From the IMG/VR virus record IMGVR_UViG_3300032516_000004, positions 1 to 64,000 of that record: a DNA stretch of 64,000 nucleotides; one strand, 5' to 3'. The DNA is from a virus. The first letter of the stretch is position 1; each line of letters begins with the position of its first letter. This document shows positions 1 through 9,315 of this stretch, piece by piece. Under the pieces are notes generated by a model. That model saw only the letters and a list, made by a program, of their open reading frames with translations, made no database searches and was not told where the DNA came from. The position numbers were made by a program, and so were the translations under genes.

Positions 1-572
1 CTGTCTTGAATGTATTTAACGTTATATCTGAGAATAAATCGATCATACAAAGCTGCTAGCTCTTCATCTTGGGGGAGTTCGTTACTTGCTCCCACAACAC
101 TGATTAATGGTATGCTAGTTCTACTTTTGCCATTATCATAAACCCGCTCATTGATGGCCGTTAGAAGACTGTTAAGAATCGCTGATCCGCCTTTCCATAT
201 TTCATCAATAAAGCTCAAATGTGCTTCAGGTAACTTATTAGTGGTTACCCGTCGATACTCATCGTTCTCGAGACCTTTGAGACTTACTGGACCAAAGATT
301 TCTTCCGGAGTAGAAAATCTAGTCAACAACCATTGAAAGTATTCCATACCCCCAATACGTTTACAAATACTATCCGCGACGAGTGATTTACCTGTACCAG
401 GCTGGCCAATCAACAATATGTGTTGGCGTGCCAAAATAGCAGCCCATGTTGCTTTGATGATTGTGTCTCGTTCATAAAAACCAACATTCAATTGTTTGAT
501 GATTTCTTGAATCTTAGGATACACACTGACGCCTTCAGCGGACCTGCACTCGGCAAGCGCTACGGTAGCCAT
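1..572 (-). CDS. RavA/MoxR-family AAA+ ATPase (runs off the left edge; not in ORF track)
   Basis: Manual translation from ATG at 572: MATVALAEC...FYERDTIIKATWAAILARQHILLIGQPGTGKS (Walker A)...FQWLLTRFSTPEEIFGP...HLSFIDEIWKGGSAILNSLLTAINER (Walker B), the RavA-type signature. Confidence 0.9.
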   Translation of the reverse strand, partial: MATVALAECRSAEGVSVYPKIQEIIKQLNVGFYERDTIIKATWAAILARQHILLIGQPGTGKSLVADSICKRIGGMEYFQWLLTRFSTPEEIFGPVSLKGLENDEYRRVTTNKLPEAHLSFIDEIWKGGSAILNSLLTAINERVYDNGKSRTSIPLISVVGASNELPQDEELAALYDRFILRYNVKYIQD

Positions 573-589
573 TATACGCTCCTCGGTTA

Positions 590-820
590 TTACTGATTAT
601 CTTCAATACCTGATTTACTATGTTCGTTTGCCATACTACGATTTTCTTTATGAGTGTTAATTACTACCACACCAAATCTCTCACCATCTTTTGGTGGATA
701 AAACTTAAGTACCGTGTCAAGAAGATTAATTTCCATATCACAATTACCAATGTAATACTCGTTATCACCGTTTGTAACCTTCTTCATGTTAATCTTGACT
801 TCAACTGGATTGTAAACCAT
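590..820 (-). CDS. hypothetical protein
   Basis: ORF co-oriented and tightly packed upstream of the ATPase. Confidence 0.6.
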   Translation of the reverse strand: MVYNPVEVKINMKKVTNGDNEYYIGNCDMEINLLDTVLKFYPPKDGERFGVVVINTHKENRSMANEHSKSGIEDNQ

Positions 821-832
821 AACAACATCTCC

Positions 833-1027
833 TTATTGTACTGACCAAATGAAATAAAATCCAAATTGGTTAGCAGTAAATGCTCTCAAAGACCATGTTC
901 CTGGTTTGAGATTTAAATAATCAGTGATGGCCTCATCAATTTTAATATCATCTACTTCCTTAAGGTTATTATTTTTCCCATATTCGACTCGTAGTTGTCT
1001 GATTGTCAGTCCTTCACATTTCAACAT
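833..1027 (-). CDS. hypothetical protein
   Basis: ORF with GGAGGG RBS, in operon. Confidence 0.55.
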   Translation of the reverse strand: MLKCEGLTIRQLRVEYGKNNNLKEVDDIKIDEAITDYLNLKPGTWSLRAFTANQFGFYFIWSVQ

Positions 1028-1049
1028 GGCCCCTCCGAATCGCGCAAAT

Positions 1050-1964
1050 TTAATTTACCACCAGCTCTTCTCTGATCAACTTACCAACCACATCCAGTTC
1101 ACCTTCAAGCATTTCTGATTTGACTTTTAAAGCGTCAGCCAAAATTACACACTTCTCTTTAAGTTCACGGAATCGACGTAGCCGTACATCAATGCTGTTT
1201 TGAGCCGATTGTCCCTTAATAACTCCATCCTCGATAGATTTCTTCAATTCAGCAATATCTGCTCTCATATCAGCGACTTTATCTTGTACGTGGCTCTTAG
1301 CTGCCTGTGTCAAATTGTTTCGATTACCAAATTTTGATCCACCAGTATCTCCCAATGCAAACAATTGCATATTGCATGATCCCACGTTATTTACCACACC
1401 TTGAAGTGCTTGTAAATCCTTCTCGAACTTAGCTGGAACAAAGTATACCACACCAGCACGTCTCAGACGCAATGCTGCCATTTTTTCCATGGCGTCAACA
1501 ATCATTCGTGAGATATCACGTGTGGTATATTCACCACACAATTTATCATATGTTTGTTTAATTAGCTTAGAGACATTATGCCCCTTATCCCAAGACACGT
1601 TCCAGGTTCCCTTGTCCAGCCATACCCGGTCACTAAAGTCTGGTTCAATTGATTCAACCTTTTCATTTACATCCAAATCCACCACCCCATAAACAATCTT
1701 ACTCATACCATCAATGATTAGCTTTGTGATAGATCGTCTGGTGTCACTGGTCGCACCTGTTTTAATCATTACAGATCTACATGCCTTTTGAAAGGCATTT
1801 TTAGGTTTGATGTCTTGTGGTAGATGTCGTTCATCTAGACCATGCTGATTAAACAGCTGCTTTAGGTTAGATGGTGTCACACTAACATTTTCACAATCAA
1901 ACCATACCAAAAATCCAATTAGACTATCACCAGACGCCAAAGCTTCTTTGATTTCCTTGGTCAT
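1050..1964 (-). CDS. conserved phage protein (DUF6744-like), MoxR-associated
   Basis: 304 aa; G.lvWf N-terminus, LR..GvVYFVP motif and coiled-coil C-terminus resemble DUF6744 proteins (from memory). Confidence 0.6.
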   Translation of the reverse strand: MTKEIKEALASGDSLIGFLVWFDCENVSVTPSNLKQLFNQHGLDERHLPQDIKPKNAFQKACRSVMIKTGATSDTRRSITKLIIDGMSKIVYGVVDLDVNEKVESIEPDFSDRVWLDKGTWNVSWDKGHNVSKLIKQTYDKLCGEYTTRDISRMIVDAMEKMAALRLRRAGVVYFVPAKFEKDLQALQGVVNNVGSCNMQLFALGDTGGSKFGNRNNLTQAAKSHVQDKVADMRADIAELKKSIEDGVIKGQSAQNSIDVRLRRFRELKEKCVILADALKVKSEMLEGELDVVGKLIREELVVN

Positions 1965-2146
1965 TTTGTCTCCTTATCTTCGAATATCAAGGTATACAGG
2001 TTACGTAGATCTTTCAATTTCATGTTAGATAATTCGCTGACCATTGATTTAATCGCGTAATCAAGCAATTCTTCTCTATCCATGTTATAAATATATTGTG
2101 TGGCTATCCCATTAAGCATCTTGTTCTTCAATATTTTCCTTTTCAT
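1961..2146 (-). CDS. hypothetical protein (start moved to MKRKIL)
   Basis: GAGG RBS before ATG 2146; 4-bp overlap with next gene. Confidence 0.55.
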   Translation of the reverse strand: MKRKILKNKMLNGIATQYIYNMDREELLDYAIKSMVSELSNMKLKDLRNLYTLIFEDKETK

Positions 2147-2192
2147 ATTAACCTCTTTTAATCTGTGCTGCATATTCCACACACCTAGATAG

Positions 2193-2209
2193 TGCATGTG
2201 CTATACCAG
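2193..2209 (-). promoter_or_regulatory. sigma54-like promoter (weaker match)
   Basis: Minus strand CTGGTATAGCACATGCA: GG-N10-GC, at head of the minus-strand operon. Confidence 0.45.
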
Positions 2210-2269
2210 TCTAACAATTACCAATATATATTAGTCTCGGATTATTGGGGGTGATACAAGGAGTATATC

Positions 2270-3493
2270 ATGGAACGTAATCTCACATCAGAAGGAACCA
2301 GTACGCTGGCCGATGGGGCTATTCAACGAATTGCCTCCAAAATGCAAGACGTTCAAACTAAGCGTGCCAATAAACATGTTCAACAACCTACCCAGACACC
2401 TATTAAAAATATGGTAAAAACAGCCAGTAAATTGGAAAAGACTGCTGAGATTAAAGTTGCTAGTATCAATGATATTCCTAATGATTTTGAAAAAATGGGT
2501 ACTGGCTTCTATCGTCAAGGTCACCATCTGTGGGAGCTTACTCCACAGGCAGATGGTGGATTTATGTTGACTAGGAAACATGGTGAAGATCATGTTTTGG
2601 GATATGATCCGGAGCCAGTCGTAAGGGAAGCTGCGGTAAGAGATAGACACGGAAAGTCGATAAAAGTTGGTAGTAAGGTTACACTACCACATCGTGGTAC
2701 GGTTACTGCTGGTACTGTGATCATTGTTCAACCAGGTGCTATGGGAGTTGAACTAGATTCTGGTGAGAAGGTAGACACGCCACCAGATATCTGTGAGCTT
2801 CTACAAGAAATGGTTCAAACACCAAACATGCTTGAGCCCAAACAAGAAGTAGACAACCATGAAGAAAACCGTGAAGAAGACCAAGGAAGCGAAGAAATTG
2901 AAGGATCGGATACTGAAGCATGTGTATCATCTGGTCAAGAATTTGAACCTATGGTGGAGCCAACTAGTAAGACAGATATGCCGAAAGAGGTTTCTAAAGA
3001 AGCCAGTATGAAGGAATGGCAAGAATATTGGCATGGAATGGGTCAACACGTTGCTCAGGCTTCATCTCCTAAGCAAACTAAAGAAGAAGCCGCTATGAAG
3101 CGCAAGCAACGTAGGCAGCAACGTTCCGTGGAACGATCCGGACTCCCCAAGGGCATGAAGGTTCCACCTAAGCATCCTAAATCTGGTGCCATAGATACCG
3201 ATGAACTTGCCAAACTCAAGGAACGAAACCGTTTATATCAGCAATGCTTTGATGAAATTGAATATGTTCTCCAAGACGAGTCGTTGAAGACCGATGAGGT
3301 TCGGTTGGCCGATGAGATGGATCGTGTCATGCAAGAATACCACGATCAAATTGAGTCCATGGATGAGCAGACTGAAGAGTCCAGAGAAGACGAATTGTCC
3401 ATTGAAGAGCCAGTGTCTGAACCAGTATCAACTGAGCCCACAGCACCACTACCCAAGATTTCCAAGATTGTGATGTCAATGTCAGAGTTGTAA
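2270..3493 (+). CDS. acidic low-complexity protein, probable virion/head protein
   Basis: 407 aa, AGGAG RBS, multiple KTA/KVA/KEA motifs as in the head-module proteins. Confidence 0.7.
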   Translation: MERNLTSEGTSTLADGAIQRIASKMQDVQTKRANKHVQQPTQTPIKNMVKTASKLEKTAEIKVASINDIPNDFEKMGTGFYRQGHHLWELTPQADGGFMLTRKHGEDHVLGYDPEPVVREAAVRDRHGKSIKVGSKVTLPHRGTVTAGTVIIVQPGAMGVELDSGEKVDTPPDICELLQEMVQTPNMLEPKQEVDNHEENREEDQGSEEIEGSDTEACVSSGQEFEPMVEPTSKTDMPKEVSKEASMKEWQEYWHGMGQHVAQASSPKQTKEEAAMKRKQRRQQRSVERSGLPKGMKVPPKHPKSGAIDTDELAKLKERNRLYQQCFDEIEYVLQDESLKTDEVRLADEMDRVMQEYHDQIESMDEQTEESREDELSIEEPVSEPVSTEPTAPLPKISKIVMSMSEL

Positions 3494-3560
3494 AATAATT
3501 TAGAGGTATTTGATGATTTGCATCTACTATTTGGTTTAAAGTGAGGATCCAGGTGGTCAG

Positions 3561-3860
3561 ATGTGGAGCACAGTAATATCACGAGTAGTAACAATGACAA
3601 ATGAGTCTAAAGACGGTTTTTATAAATGGGTAAAGATGATTGGTATTCTTACCCCGGTAGCGGTTATTGTTTCAGTGATGATGGTGCGTCTTTTAGCAAC
3701 AGATTTCGTTACGAAAGACGAACTATCACAGAGAGAAGTGGTTGCTGAAAAGCTGTCAAAAGAAAGACAAGACGCCATTAATCAACGGCTTGATGGTCTT
3801 ACCATAACAATTCGTGATATATATAATTTACTTTTAACTGAACGACAGAATAAAAAGTGA
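3561..3860 (+). CDS. membrane protein with coiled-coil tail (holin-like?)
   Basis: One TM segment IGILTPVAVIVSVMMVRLL followed by heptads. Confidence 0.5.
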   Translation: MWSTVISRVVTMTNESKDGFYKWVKMIGILTPVAVIVSVMMVRLLATDFVTKDELSQREVVAEKLSKERQDAINQRLDGLTITIRDIYNLLLTERQNKK

Positions 3861-4204
3861 TTGTCACGATAGCTTTTATATTACTTGCAAATTCAACACT
3901 TGATGATTCATCATTGCGTAAAACTGAACTTGAAGCAGCCAAACTTCGTGGATTAGTTGAAATCGAACAATGCGATAAATTAACAATTTCGCATCAACCA
4001 CGGCGTCTTTCATGCCCAACATGTCCAAAATGTAGGTTATATACAACACCCTCTAATGAGGTGTTACACCCAAATGCTCCAAATATGCAGGTGACACCAC
4101 CCGATTCGACACATCAGCGTAATTTGTTAATAAGTATTCCAATCATATCTTTCGTTGTAGGGGTAGCCGTTGGAATTGCAATCGGAATGGCTATCCATTC
4201 TTGA
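3857..4204 (+). CDS. membrane protein, N- and C-terminal hydrophobic segments (spanin-like?)
   Basis: Hydrophobic ends, CPTCPKC in the middle; 4-bp overlap with previous ORF. Confidence 0.5.
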   Translation: MIVTIAFILLANSTLDDSSLRKTELEAAKLRGLVEIEQCDKLTISHQPRRLSCPTCPKCRLYTTPSNEVLHPNAPNMQVTPPDSTHQRNLLISIPIISFVVGVAVGIAIGMAIHS

Positions 4205-4597
4205 ATGGATGGGAACATGCGTAAAATTAATATGACAGCACTAGCCGGTTTAATAACATCTCTTGTTGCGGTTGGTGGATTTGTATTTGGTGTTATTCAA
4301 TATAGCATAGATTCTAAAAATCAAGAGAAAATACAAAGAGCCTCATATGAGGCTACGGCTAAGGGGTTAGATAACTTGTCGTCCGATGTTACCAATGAAC
4401 TTAAAAGAATACATGATGACATACAGTCATTGAAAATAGAGGTCGCTGTATTAAGGGAACGCACTAGACACATGCACAGTATTTCATTACCAATGCGTGA
4501 TGTGGATGGCTCACCAGCAGAAGCTAGAATTCCAAAGATTAGACAACCATCATTGAAAGAATTTAGCGTTGTGCAGAAGAACGCGATAGCTGAATAA
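4205..4597 (+). CDS. membrane protein with coiled coil (holin-like?)
   Basis: TM ALAGLITSLVAVGGFVFGVI + coiled coil. Confidence 0.55.
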   Translation: MDGNMRKINMTALAGLITSLVAVGGFVFGVIQYSIDSKNQEKIQRASYEATAKGLDNLSSDVTNELKRIHDDIQSLKIEVAVLRERTRHMHSISLPMRDVDGSPAEARIPKIRQPSLKEFSVVQKNAIAE

Positions 4598-4766
4598 GAC
4601 ACTTAATATGTGCTGGTCCCTTATATTCAAAGGATAATACGTCGCATCCAGTCTGACGGCAAATTTTACATTTGCATTTAAACAACCTTTCATGTTCTTT
4701 CAGGATTGACATCTGCTCGTCAAGTTCTTTCAATCTATCTATTAACTCTTCTTTGCTTTTTCTCAT
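4563..4766 (-). CDS. small Cys-rich protein
   Basis: CxCxxC...HxxC; start at MRKSKEE. Confidence 0.4.
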   Translation of the reverse strand: MRKSKEELIDRLKELDEQMSILKEHERLFKCKCKICRQTGCDVLSFEYKGPAHIKCLIQLSRSSAQR

Positions 4767-4929
4767 TTGCTGTCTCCGACACCTTAATCTTGATAACTTT
4801 GTCACGCAAATGTACGTGAAGTTCTAAATTGTCCACGCTGGCTCGTTGTATTTCTTGGTCGTCAAAAGTCCAATGATTATTAAGAATTTCATTATAAATA
4901 GTGTGCAACATTTCTTCGGCAGCTGACAT
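4735..4929 (-). CDS. hypothetical protein
   Basis: ORF in operon. Confidence 0.5.
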   Translation of the reverse strand: MSAAEEMLHTIYNEILNNHWTFDDQEIQRASVDNLELHVHLRDKVIKIKVSETANEKKQRRVNR

Positions 4930-4932
4930 GGT

Positions 4933-5514
4933 TTATCCTTTTAGGCGAAGGTCTGGCTTAGCCTGATTATCCGCCATCCATTTGTCCAATTGTGCATTTA
5001 CGTTTGGCTTTAGATTCTTGCGTATAGCAGCACGCTTTTCCATAAAATCCTTTTCGAATGAAATGAATTCTTTGGTCTCAAAGAAGACTTCGGCCTTATC
5101 ACCCAGCGCTTCACGCAGCGCATCAAGTGAGGCTGTTTTCCTCAAGACCATATTCTCGTCTTTCTTGAAAAGAGTGTCAAACACATCTCCAAGCACTTTA
5201 CGCATCACAGGTTCGTTTTCCACATCCAATTTGGAAAACACATTCTTAAACATAACTGTGGCTGGGACACCATCAGTACTGTCTACAATGAATGTTTTAT
5301 ATAGGATGCCCCGCTCTTCTTCGTCTTGCCTAATTGCACGAACACGATCCATAATCATGTCATGAAGTGCTTCACGCTTCTTGCTGAGTTCTTTCATTTC
5401 CTCATCGATTTTACGGATTTCCGGCACCACAGCCTTAAGATCAGATACCTCATACTTTTCAACCGTATCATTCTTACCGTTGAGTATTTTAAGTTGAATA
5501 TCCTTCTTAGCCAT
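4933..5514 (-). CDS. coiled-coil protein, paralog of 11662-12267
   Basis: Shared VDSxDGxPA.xxFKNxF and FIS...FMEKR...L......KP motifs. Confidence 0.75.
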   Translation of the reverse strand: MAKKDIQLKILNGKNDTVEKYEVSDLKAVVPEIRKIDEEMKELSKKREALHDMIMDRVRAIRQDEEERGILYKTFIVDSTDGVPATVMFKNVFSKLDVENEPVMRKVLGDVFDTLFKKDENMVLRKTASLDALREALGDKAEVFFETKEFISFEKDFMEKRAAIRKNLKPNVNAQLDKWMADNQAKPDLRLKG

Positions 5515-5515
5515 T

Positions 5516-5716
5516 TTACACCCTGCCTTTCTTATTTAGAGCATCAACTACGAGTTTGGCTAGGACCAGTCTACGGGTATATTCTACCCTATTTCCAGAT
5601 TTATCGGTATAGTCAGTATCATAGTTCAATGGTACGCAGACCATTACCTGAGCCCTACGTTTCTTGGCGATTACGAATTCATCGCTATTTTCATAAATAT
5701 GCCACTTAGCTGCCAT
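5516..5716 (-). CDS. hypothetical protein (start MAAKW)
   Basis: GGAG RBS before ATG 5716. Confidence 0.55.
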   Translation of the reverse strand: MAAKWHIYENSDEFVIAKKRRAQVMVCVPLNYDTDYTDKSGNRVEYTRRLVLAKLVVDALNKKGRV

Positions 5717-5717
5717 T

Positions 5718-5909
5718 TTATTCTCCATTCCCAAGATCAATATCTGAATGAGGTAGAGGAATACTTTCTGCACAATCTTCGCAAATACGAGGCGTATCAT
5801 ATATAGAAGGGAAGTCTAGATTACACTCCCTTTGGTAACTTTTAATTTCTTGGTTTGTGATTTCTCTACCACATTTTTTGCAGGTGGGTGGGTGTTTACG
5901 CATTACCAT
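5718..5909 (-). CDS. zinc-finger protein
   Basis: CKKC...CEDC. Confidence 0.55.
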   Translation of the reverse strand: MVMRKHPPTCKKCGREITNQEIKSYQRECNLDFPSIYDTPRICEDCAESIPLPHSDIDLGNGE

Positions 5910-6463
5910 TTCTCCGGTTTCTTGAATTTAACCCATGTCGGTGACTCATCTTCAGGATCGAATTGTGGTTTGTATAGAGAATTAATATTCTTGAATACAG
6001 TTCCTTCGTCACCGTTGGCCAAGGAAGCTTCGTACGCGGTTTCCTTGGGGATCCATGGTATTAGTTTAACGAATTTATGATCTCCGGTGCAGGTACGATA
6101 TTCATAAAAATCTTCTAGGTGTTTGCGTCTATCCTTAAGTCGATAGGGGAGGCCAGGAATATCAAATACCCACATATGAGACTTCTTAACCAATTCACAG
6201 TCTAAATACATGGTCCCGTTCATTATCTCGCTAAGTATGTCTTGTAATATTTGTGGCACCCCTACCATTATATGACACTTGCGAGTCCAGATTTTTATAG
6301 TGTGACTACCATTTTCGTTTTTCCATCTACCAGATTGGACAATACATCGTTCTCCGTTAATTTTCGGCTCTGCTATCCATTCAGGATCGTCAATAAGTCG
6401 TTTGTGTAGATCTGTTCCTGGCCACCCCCTCATGGGCTTAGGTGGATATTTGATACCGCCCAT
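5903..6463 (-). CDS. ATP-dependent DNA ligase-like nucleotidyltransferase, catalytic domain only
   Basis: Motif I EPKINGER (KxNG), III YLDCEL, IIIa WVFD, IV EGTVFK..S.Y, V WVKFK; no OB-fold. Confidence 0.8.
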   Translation of the reverse strand: MGGIKYPPKPMRGWPGTDLHKRLIDDPEWIAEPKINGERCIVQSGRWKNENGSHTIKIWTRKCHIMVGVPQILQDILSEIMNGTMYLDCELVKKSHMWVFDIPGLPYRLKDRRKHLEDFYEYRTCTGDHKFVKLIPWIPKETAYEASLANGDEGTVFKNINSLYKPQFDPEDESPTWVKFKKPEKW

Positions 6464-6802
6464 CTATGCTGCCCTTTGTAGTATGGTTGCTTGGTTTTGC
6501 AGCCCAAATCCACCACAACCATGACGACCATTATATCCAAGCCATTTAATTTGTGATGGTATCGTAAATTCTGGTTGAGATTTATCAGACGCAAACACAA
6601 CAACGTTCAATATATCGCCTTCTTTGAATGAGTCCACTACATCATCGGTATGCACAAATCGACCATCAATATACCCAACTTCTGGATAAAAGAAACAACC
6701 ACCAGCAGAGTAATCACATATTTTACCATCGACTAAACAATCTCCTAGTTTGAGCTGAGCGGGTAGTTCAATATTTTCTCTTCTATATGCTCTACGTTCC
6801 AT
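6464..6802 (-). CDS. PilZ-domain protein (putative c-di-GMP receptor)
   Basis: ERRAYRR (RxxxR) and DYSAGG (D/NxSxxG), C-terminal G.GL. Confidence 0.8.
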   Translation of the reverse strand: MERRAYRRENIELPAQLKLGDCLVDGKICDYSAGGCFFYPEVGYIDGRFVHTDDVVDSFKEGDILNVVVFASDKSQPEFTIPSQIKWLGYNGRHGCGGFGLQNQATILQRAA

Positions 6803-6824
6803 GATAAACCTCCTACACTAGAGG

Positions 6825-6842
6825 TTGCAAGATTTATGCCTC
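6825..6842 (-). promoter_or_regulatory. sigma54 promoter
   Basis: Minus strand GAGGCATAAATCTTGCAA, then AGGAGG RBS and ATG of the PilZ gene. Confidence 0.7.
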
Positions 6843-7256
6843 TTTATATTGCCCAATCATGATATCGCACGGATCCCCTTCTCCACTAGTCACATACAAA
6901 CCAAACTCACTGGCTTCATCTTCTAACTGTTTTTGCCATGCCGCGTCACGACACACTTCGCAATGCCCCTCACCAGTCAATGGGTCTCCGGTCGAACCTG
7001 TACACGGGCTAGTTTCATCACACGGTGCGTCAGAAGCTTCTGCACATGCTCGACACACTTCAACATTACTACACGCATACGGCATGTAATATTTGCCACT
7101 GGGCGACATATTAAGCCAGGAACCAAGATAGATTTGACGTTCTCGACGGCCAGGTTCAACCTCTTCCCACGGAGTGCCGCACAATTCCTTGAGGATGTTA
7201 TTCCAGTTGATATGAATTTTACTCTTATAATGTAAAGCCTTAGCGGTATTTTTCAT
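6834..7256 (-). CDS. Cys-rich hypothetical protein
   Basis: 140 aa ORF with CxxC pairs. Confidence 0.65.
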   Translation of the reverse strand: MKNTAKALHYKSKIHINWNNILKELCGTPWEEVEPGRRERQIYLGSWLNMSPSGKYYMPYACSNVEVCRACAEASDAPCDETSPCTGSTGDPLTGEGHCEVCRDAAWQKQLEDEASEFGLYVTSGEGDPCDIMIGQYKEA

Positions 7257-7257
7257 T

Positions 7258-7578
7258 TTACTCTCCTAGATGTTTTGATACCCAGTCGAGCATATCATCA
7301 ATTTTCTGAGGCGTGTCGTACTTAGTGTAAAAATCCATGATACAATTTGGATGTGTGAATCCACAGGTGGCAACAACTTCTTTATTGCCGGGGTAAAATT
7401 GTAGAGTACAGTTTGATGGTTGAAAATCATAGTGAAACGCCAAACAATTAGTAAATTTACCAATCGGTTGAATGTAAACATTTCCTACATTGGCATAAGA
7501 TGAATTTTTCACAAAATCGCACTTATGTTTCTTGGCCACCTTATGAATAGCATCAAGAATTTTATCTTGCATATTCAT
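7258..7578 (-). CDS. hypothetical protein
   Basis: ORF in operon. Confidence 0.6.
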   Translation of the reverse strand: MNMQDKILDAIHKVAKKHKCDFVKNSSYANVGNVYIQPIGKFTNCLAFHYDFQPSNCTLQFYPGNKEVVATCGFTHPNCIMDFYTKYDTPQKIDDMLDWVSKHLGE

Positions 7579-7581
7579 TCT

Positions 7582-7773
7582 TCATCCCTCTAAGTCAATA
7601 TCTTCTGTTTTACTAATCAAACTTATTTTACCATCTTTGTCAGCACCAAATTTATCTCTCGCAAATTTAAGTGCCTCTTTACGAGATTTGAAGATACCAA
7701 CGTTTTCCCATTCTTCTTTGTCTAAGTTTGGAATATCAACGTAGTAGCTATGTTTCTTTTTCATGATCCACAC
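7582..7773 (-). CDS. small protein (G.F.SRKEA motif)
   Basis: Common phage small-protein motif; RBS. Confidence 0.6.
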   Translation of the reverse strand: MWIMKKKHSYYVDIPNLDKEEWENVGIFKSRKEALKFARDKFGADKDGKISLISKTEDIDLEG

Positions 7774-7961
7774 TCCCTCTTAGCCCAAAGATACAGACCC
7801 TCATTATTCAAAATCCACTGACGACGTTCCTCGTCATTGTGTCGGGGTGGTGGATTAGGAACCGTACCACGACCACCACGTCCATCATAACGAAATATCA
7901 CCTGATTAATTGCTTGGTCAATTTCCTGACGATGCCGCCTAATAAACGTTCGAATATTCAT
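7761..7961 (-). CDS. conserved small phage protein (ERRQWILNNEGLY.W)
   Basis: Recurrent phage motif; GGAG RBS before MNIRT. Confidence 0.6.
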   Translation of the reverse strand: MNIRTFIRRHRQEIDQAINQVIFRYDGRGGRGTVPNPPPRHNDEERRQWILNNEGLYLWAKRECGS

Positions 7962-8296
7962 GATAACATCTCCGACCCACAATTATGTTTAATGTCTTGA
8001 ACAATACTGATTACTTGATCTTCAGATTTGGCGAACACAAAGAACACTACGTTAGCCTGATCGTACTGCAATTGCCAGACATGTCTATCACTTGCATGCG
8101 CGGTTGCCATTATCTCAGCGCCAATTTGGATGAATTCAAAGTGGGTGGTCTCTTCATCGTCGAGATCTATTACCATACAATCTTTACGTTCATAGGCGGT
8201 AATCATTAGATCACCGGGTTCAATTCCCTTTACCAATTGATTGAATTGTTGGATTAGATCGTCATCTATAAGCAATAATTGGTCAGATTCTGGCAT
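7958..8296 (-). CDS. hypothetical protein
   Basis: ORF with RBS, overlapping neighbours. Confidence 0.6.
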   Translation of the reverse strand: MPESDQLLLIDDDLIQQFNQLVKGIEPGDLMITAYERKDCMVIDLDDEETTHFEFIQIGAEIMATAHASDRHVWQLQYDQANVVFFVFAKSEDQVISIVQDIKHNCGSEMLS

Positions 8297-8513
8297 GTCC
8301 CCTCCCAGTTATCTCAATGATAGGTCCCTCATGGCCTTGACGAACTGCCTGTAGAAACTTGGTAAGTGTTTTCCACTCACTACGACATCGAATACCATCT
8401 TGATAAACGACCATTAATGCTCTTGGTGTCCACTCCCAGCGAACTACGTGTCGTTCAAGGTTGGTTCCTGGTATGTATCGCGTAGTAGGAACAAAAACAC
8501 GACATTTCTTCAT
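8283..8513 (-). CDS. hypothetical protein
   Basis: ORF in operon. Confidence 0.55.
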   Translation of the reverse strand: MKKCRVFVPTTRYIPGTNLERHVVRWEWTPRALMVVYQDGIRCRSEWKTLTKFLQAVRQGHEGPIIEITGRGHARI

Positions 8514-8516
8514 GTT

Positions 8517-8771
8517 CTACCTCACGTCAAAATTGCTGCCCAGATAATATCCTTCTTCAACCCCATCCAAATGTGCCGCCATCTTAGCGGTTGTTAACAG
8601 CTGTGAAATATCTCGAGTAGCCAATTTGTCGTCTGTTGGTTGAAAGACTAAGCGAGCACGCCTACCAAGCCAACGAAGTTCAAGATGTAATCCCATATAG
8701 TTAGACATGTTAGTTACCCGGCTGGTAATTGATCGTTTGGTTGGTCGATTTACATTAACGTTCTTGATCAT
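8517..8771 (-). CDS. hypothetical protein
   Basis: ORF in operon. Confidence 0.5.
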   Translation of the reverse strand: MIKNVNVNRPTKRSITSRVTNMSNYMGLHLELRWLGRRARLVFQPTDDKLATRDISQLLTTAKMAAHLDGVEEGYYLGSNFDVR

Positions 8772-8974
8772 CGTCGCCTCACAATTGTTACCTGGAATTC
8801 GTCATGCGGTTTACTAAACCTAACCACCAATCCTCGGTCTCGGGTCATTAATCCGGCTTCTTCAAACGATCTGAATATAACATCTGGAACATCTTCATCA
8901 CCATTGTCCAGATCATCTTCTAGGGCTTGTTGTACCTTCTCGCTCAACCAATCGCAGAATTCTTGTTCGGTCAT
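8768..8974 (-). CDS. hypothetical protein
   Basis: ATGA-type overlaps on both sides. Confidence 0.6.
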   Translation of the reverse strand: MTEQEFCDWLSEKVQQALEDDLDNGDEDVPDVIFRSFEEAGLMTRDRGLVVRFSKPHDEFQVTIVRRR

Positions 8975-9315
8975 TGGCTCACCTTGATCCTTATCGCGAT
9001 CTGTTGTACTCTGTCTTGATTCTCGATTTCTACAATCTTGTCCTGATAATCAATTCGTGACCCAACAATTTCACCATGGGCAGAACAAAGACCTTCACAA
9101 TCATCGATCACTTGTCCAGTATTGACGATAATGTGAGCCCAATATTCATTGTTACTAGTGCGTGATACCTCAATCGCACCACCAGGAAATTCAATGATGT
9201 GCTGGGCAGATTCGGCACCATTTCGTTTGTTACCGGTTAGTCGAGTCTTCTTAGGCGCGTGGCTAAATTGTTTAACCTTGCACGTGAATTTATCGTGAAT
9301 GTTGGTTTCTTTCAT
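8971..9315 (-). CDS. hypothetical protein
   Basis: ATGA-type overlaps. Confidence 0.65.
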   Translation of the reverse strand: MKETNIHDKFTCKVKQFSHAPKKTRLTGNKRNGAESAQHIIEFPGGAIEVSRTSNNEYWAHIIVNTGQVIDDCEGLCSAHGEIVGSRIDYQDKIVEIENQDRVQQIAIRIKVSQ

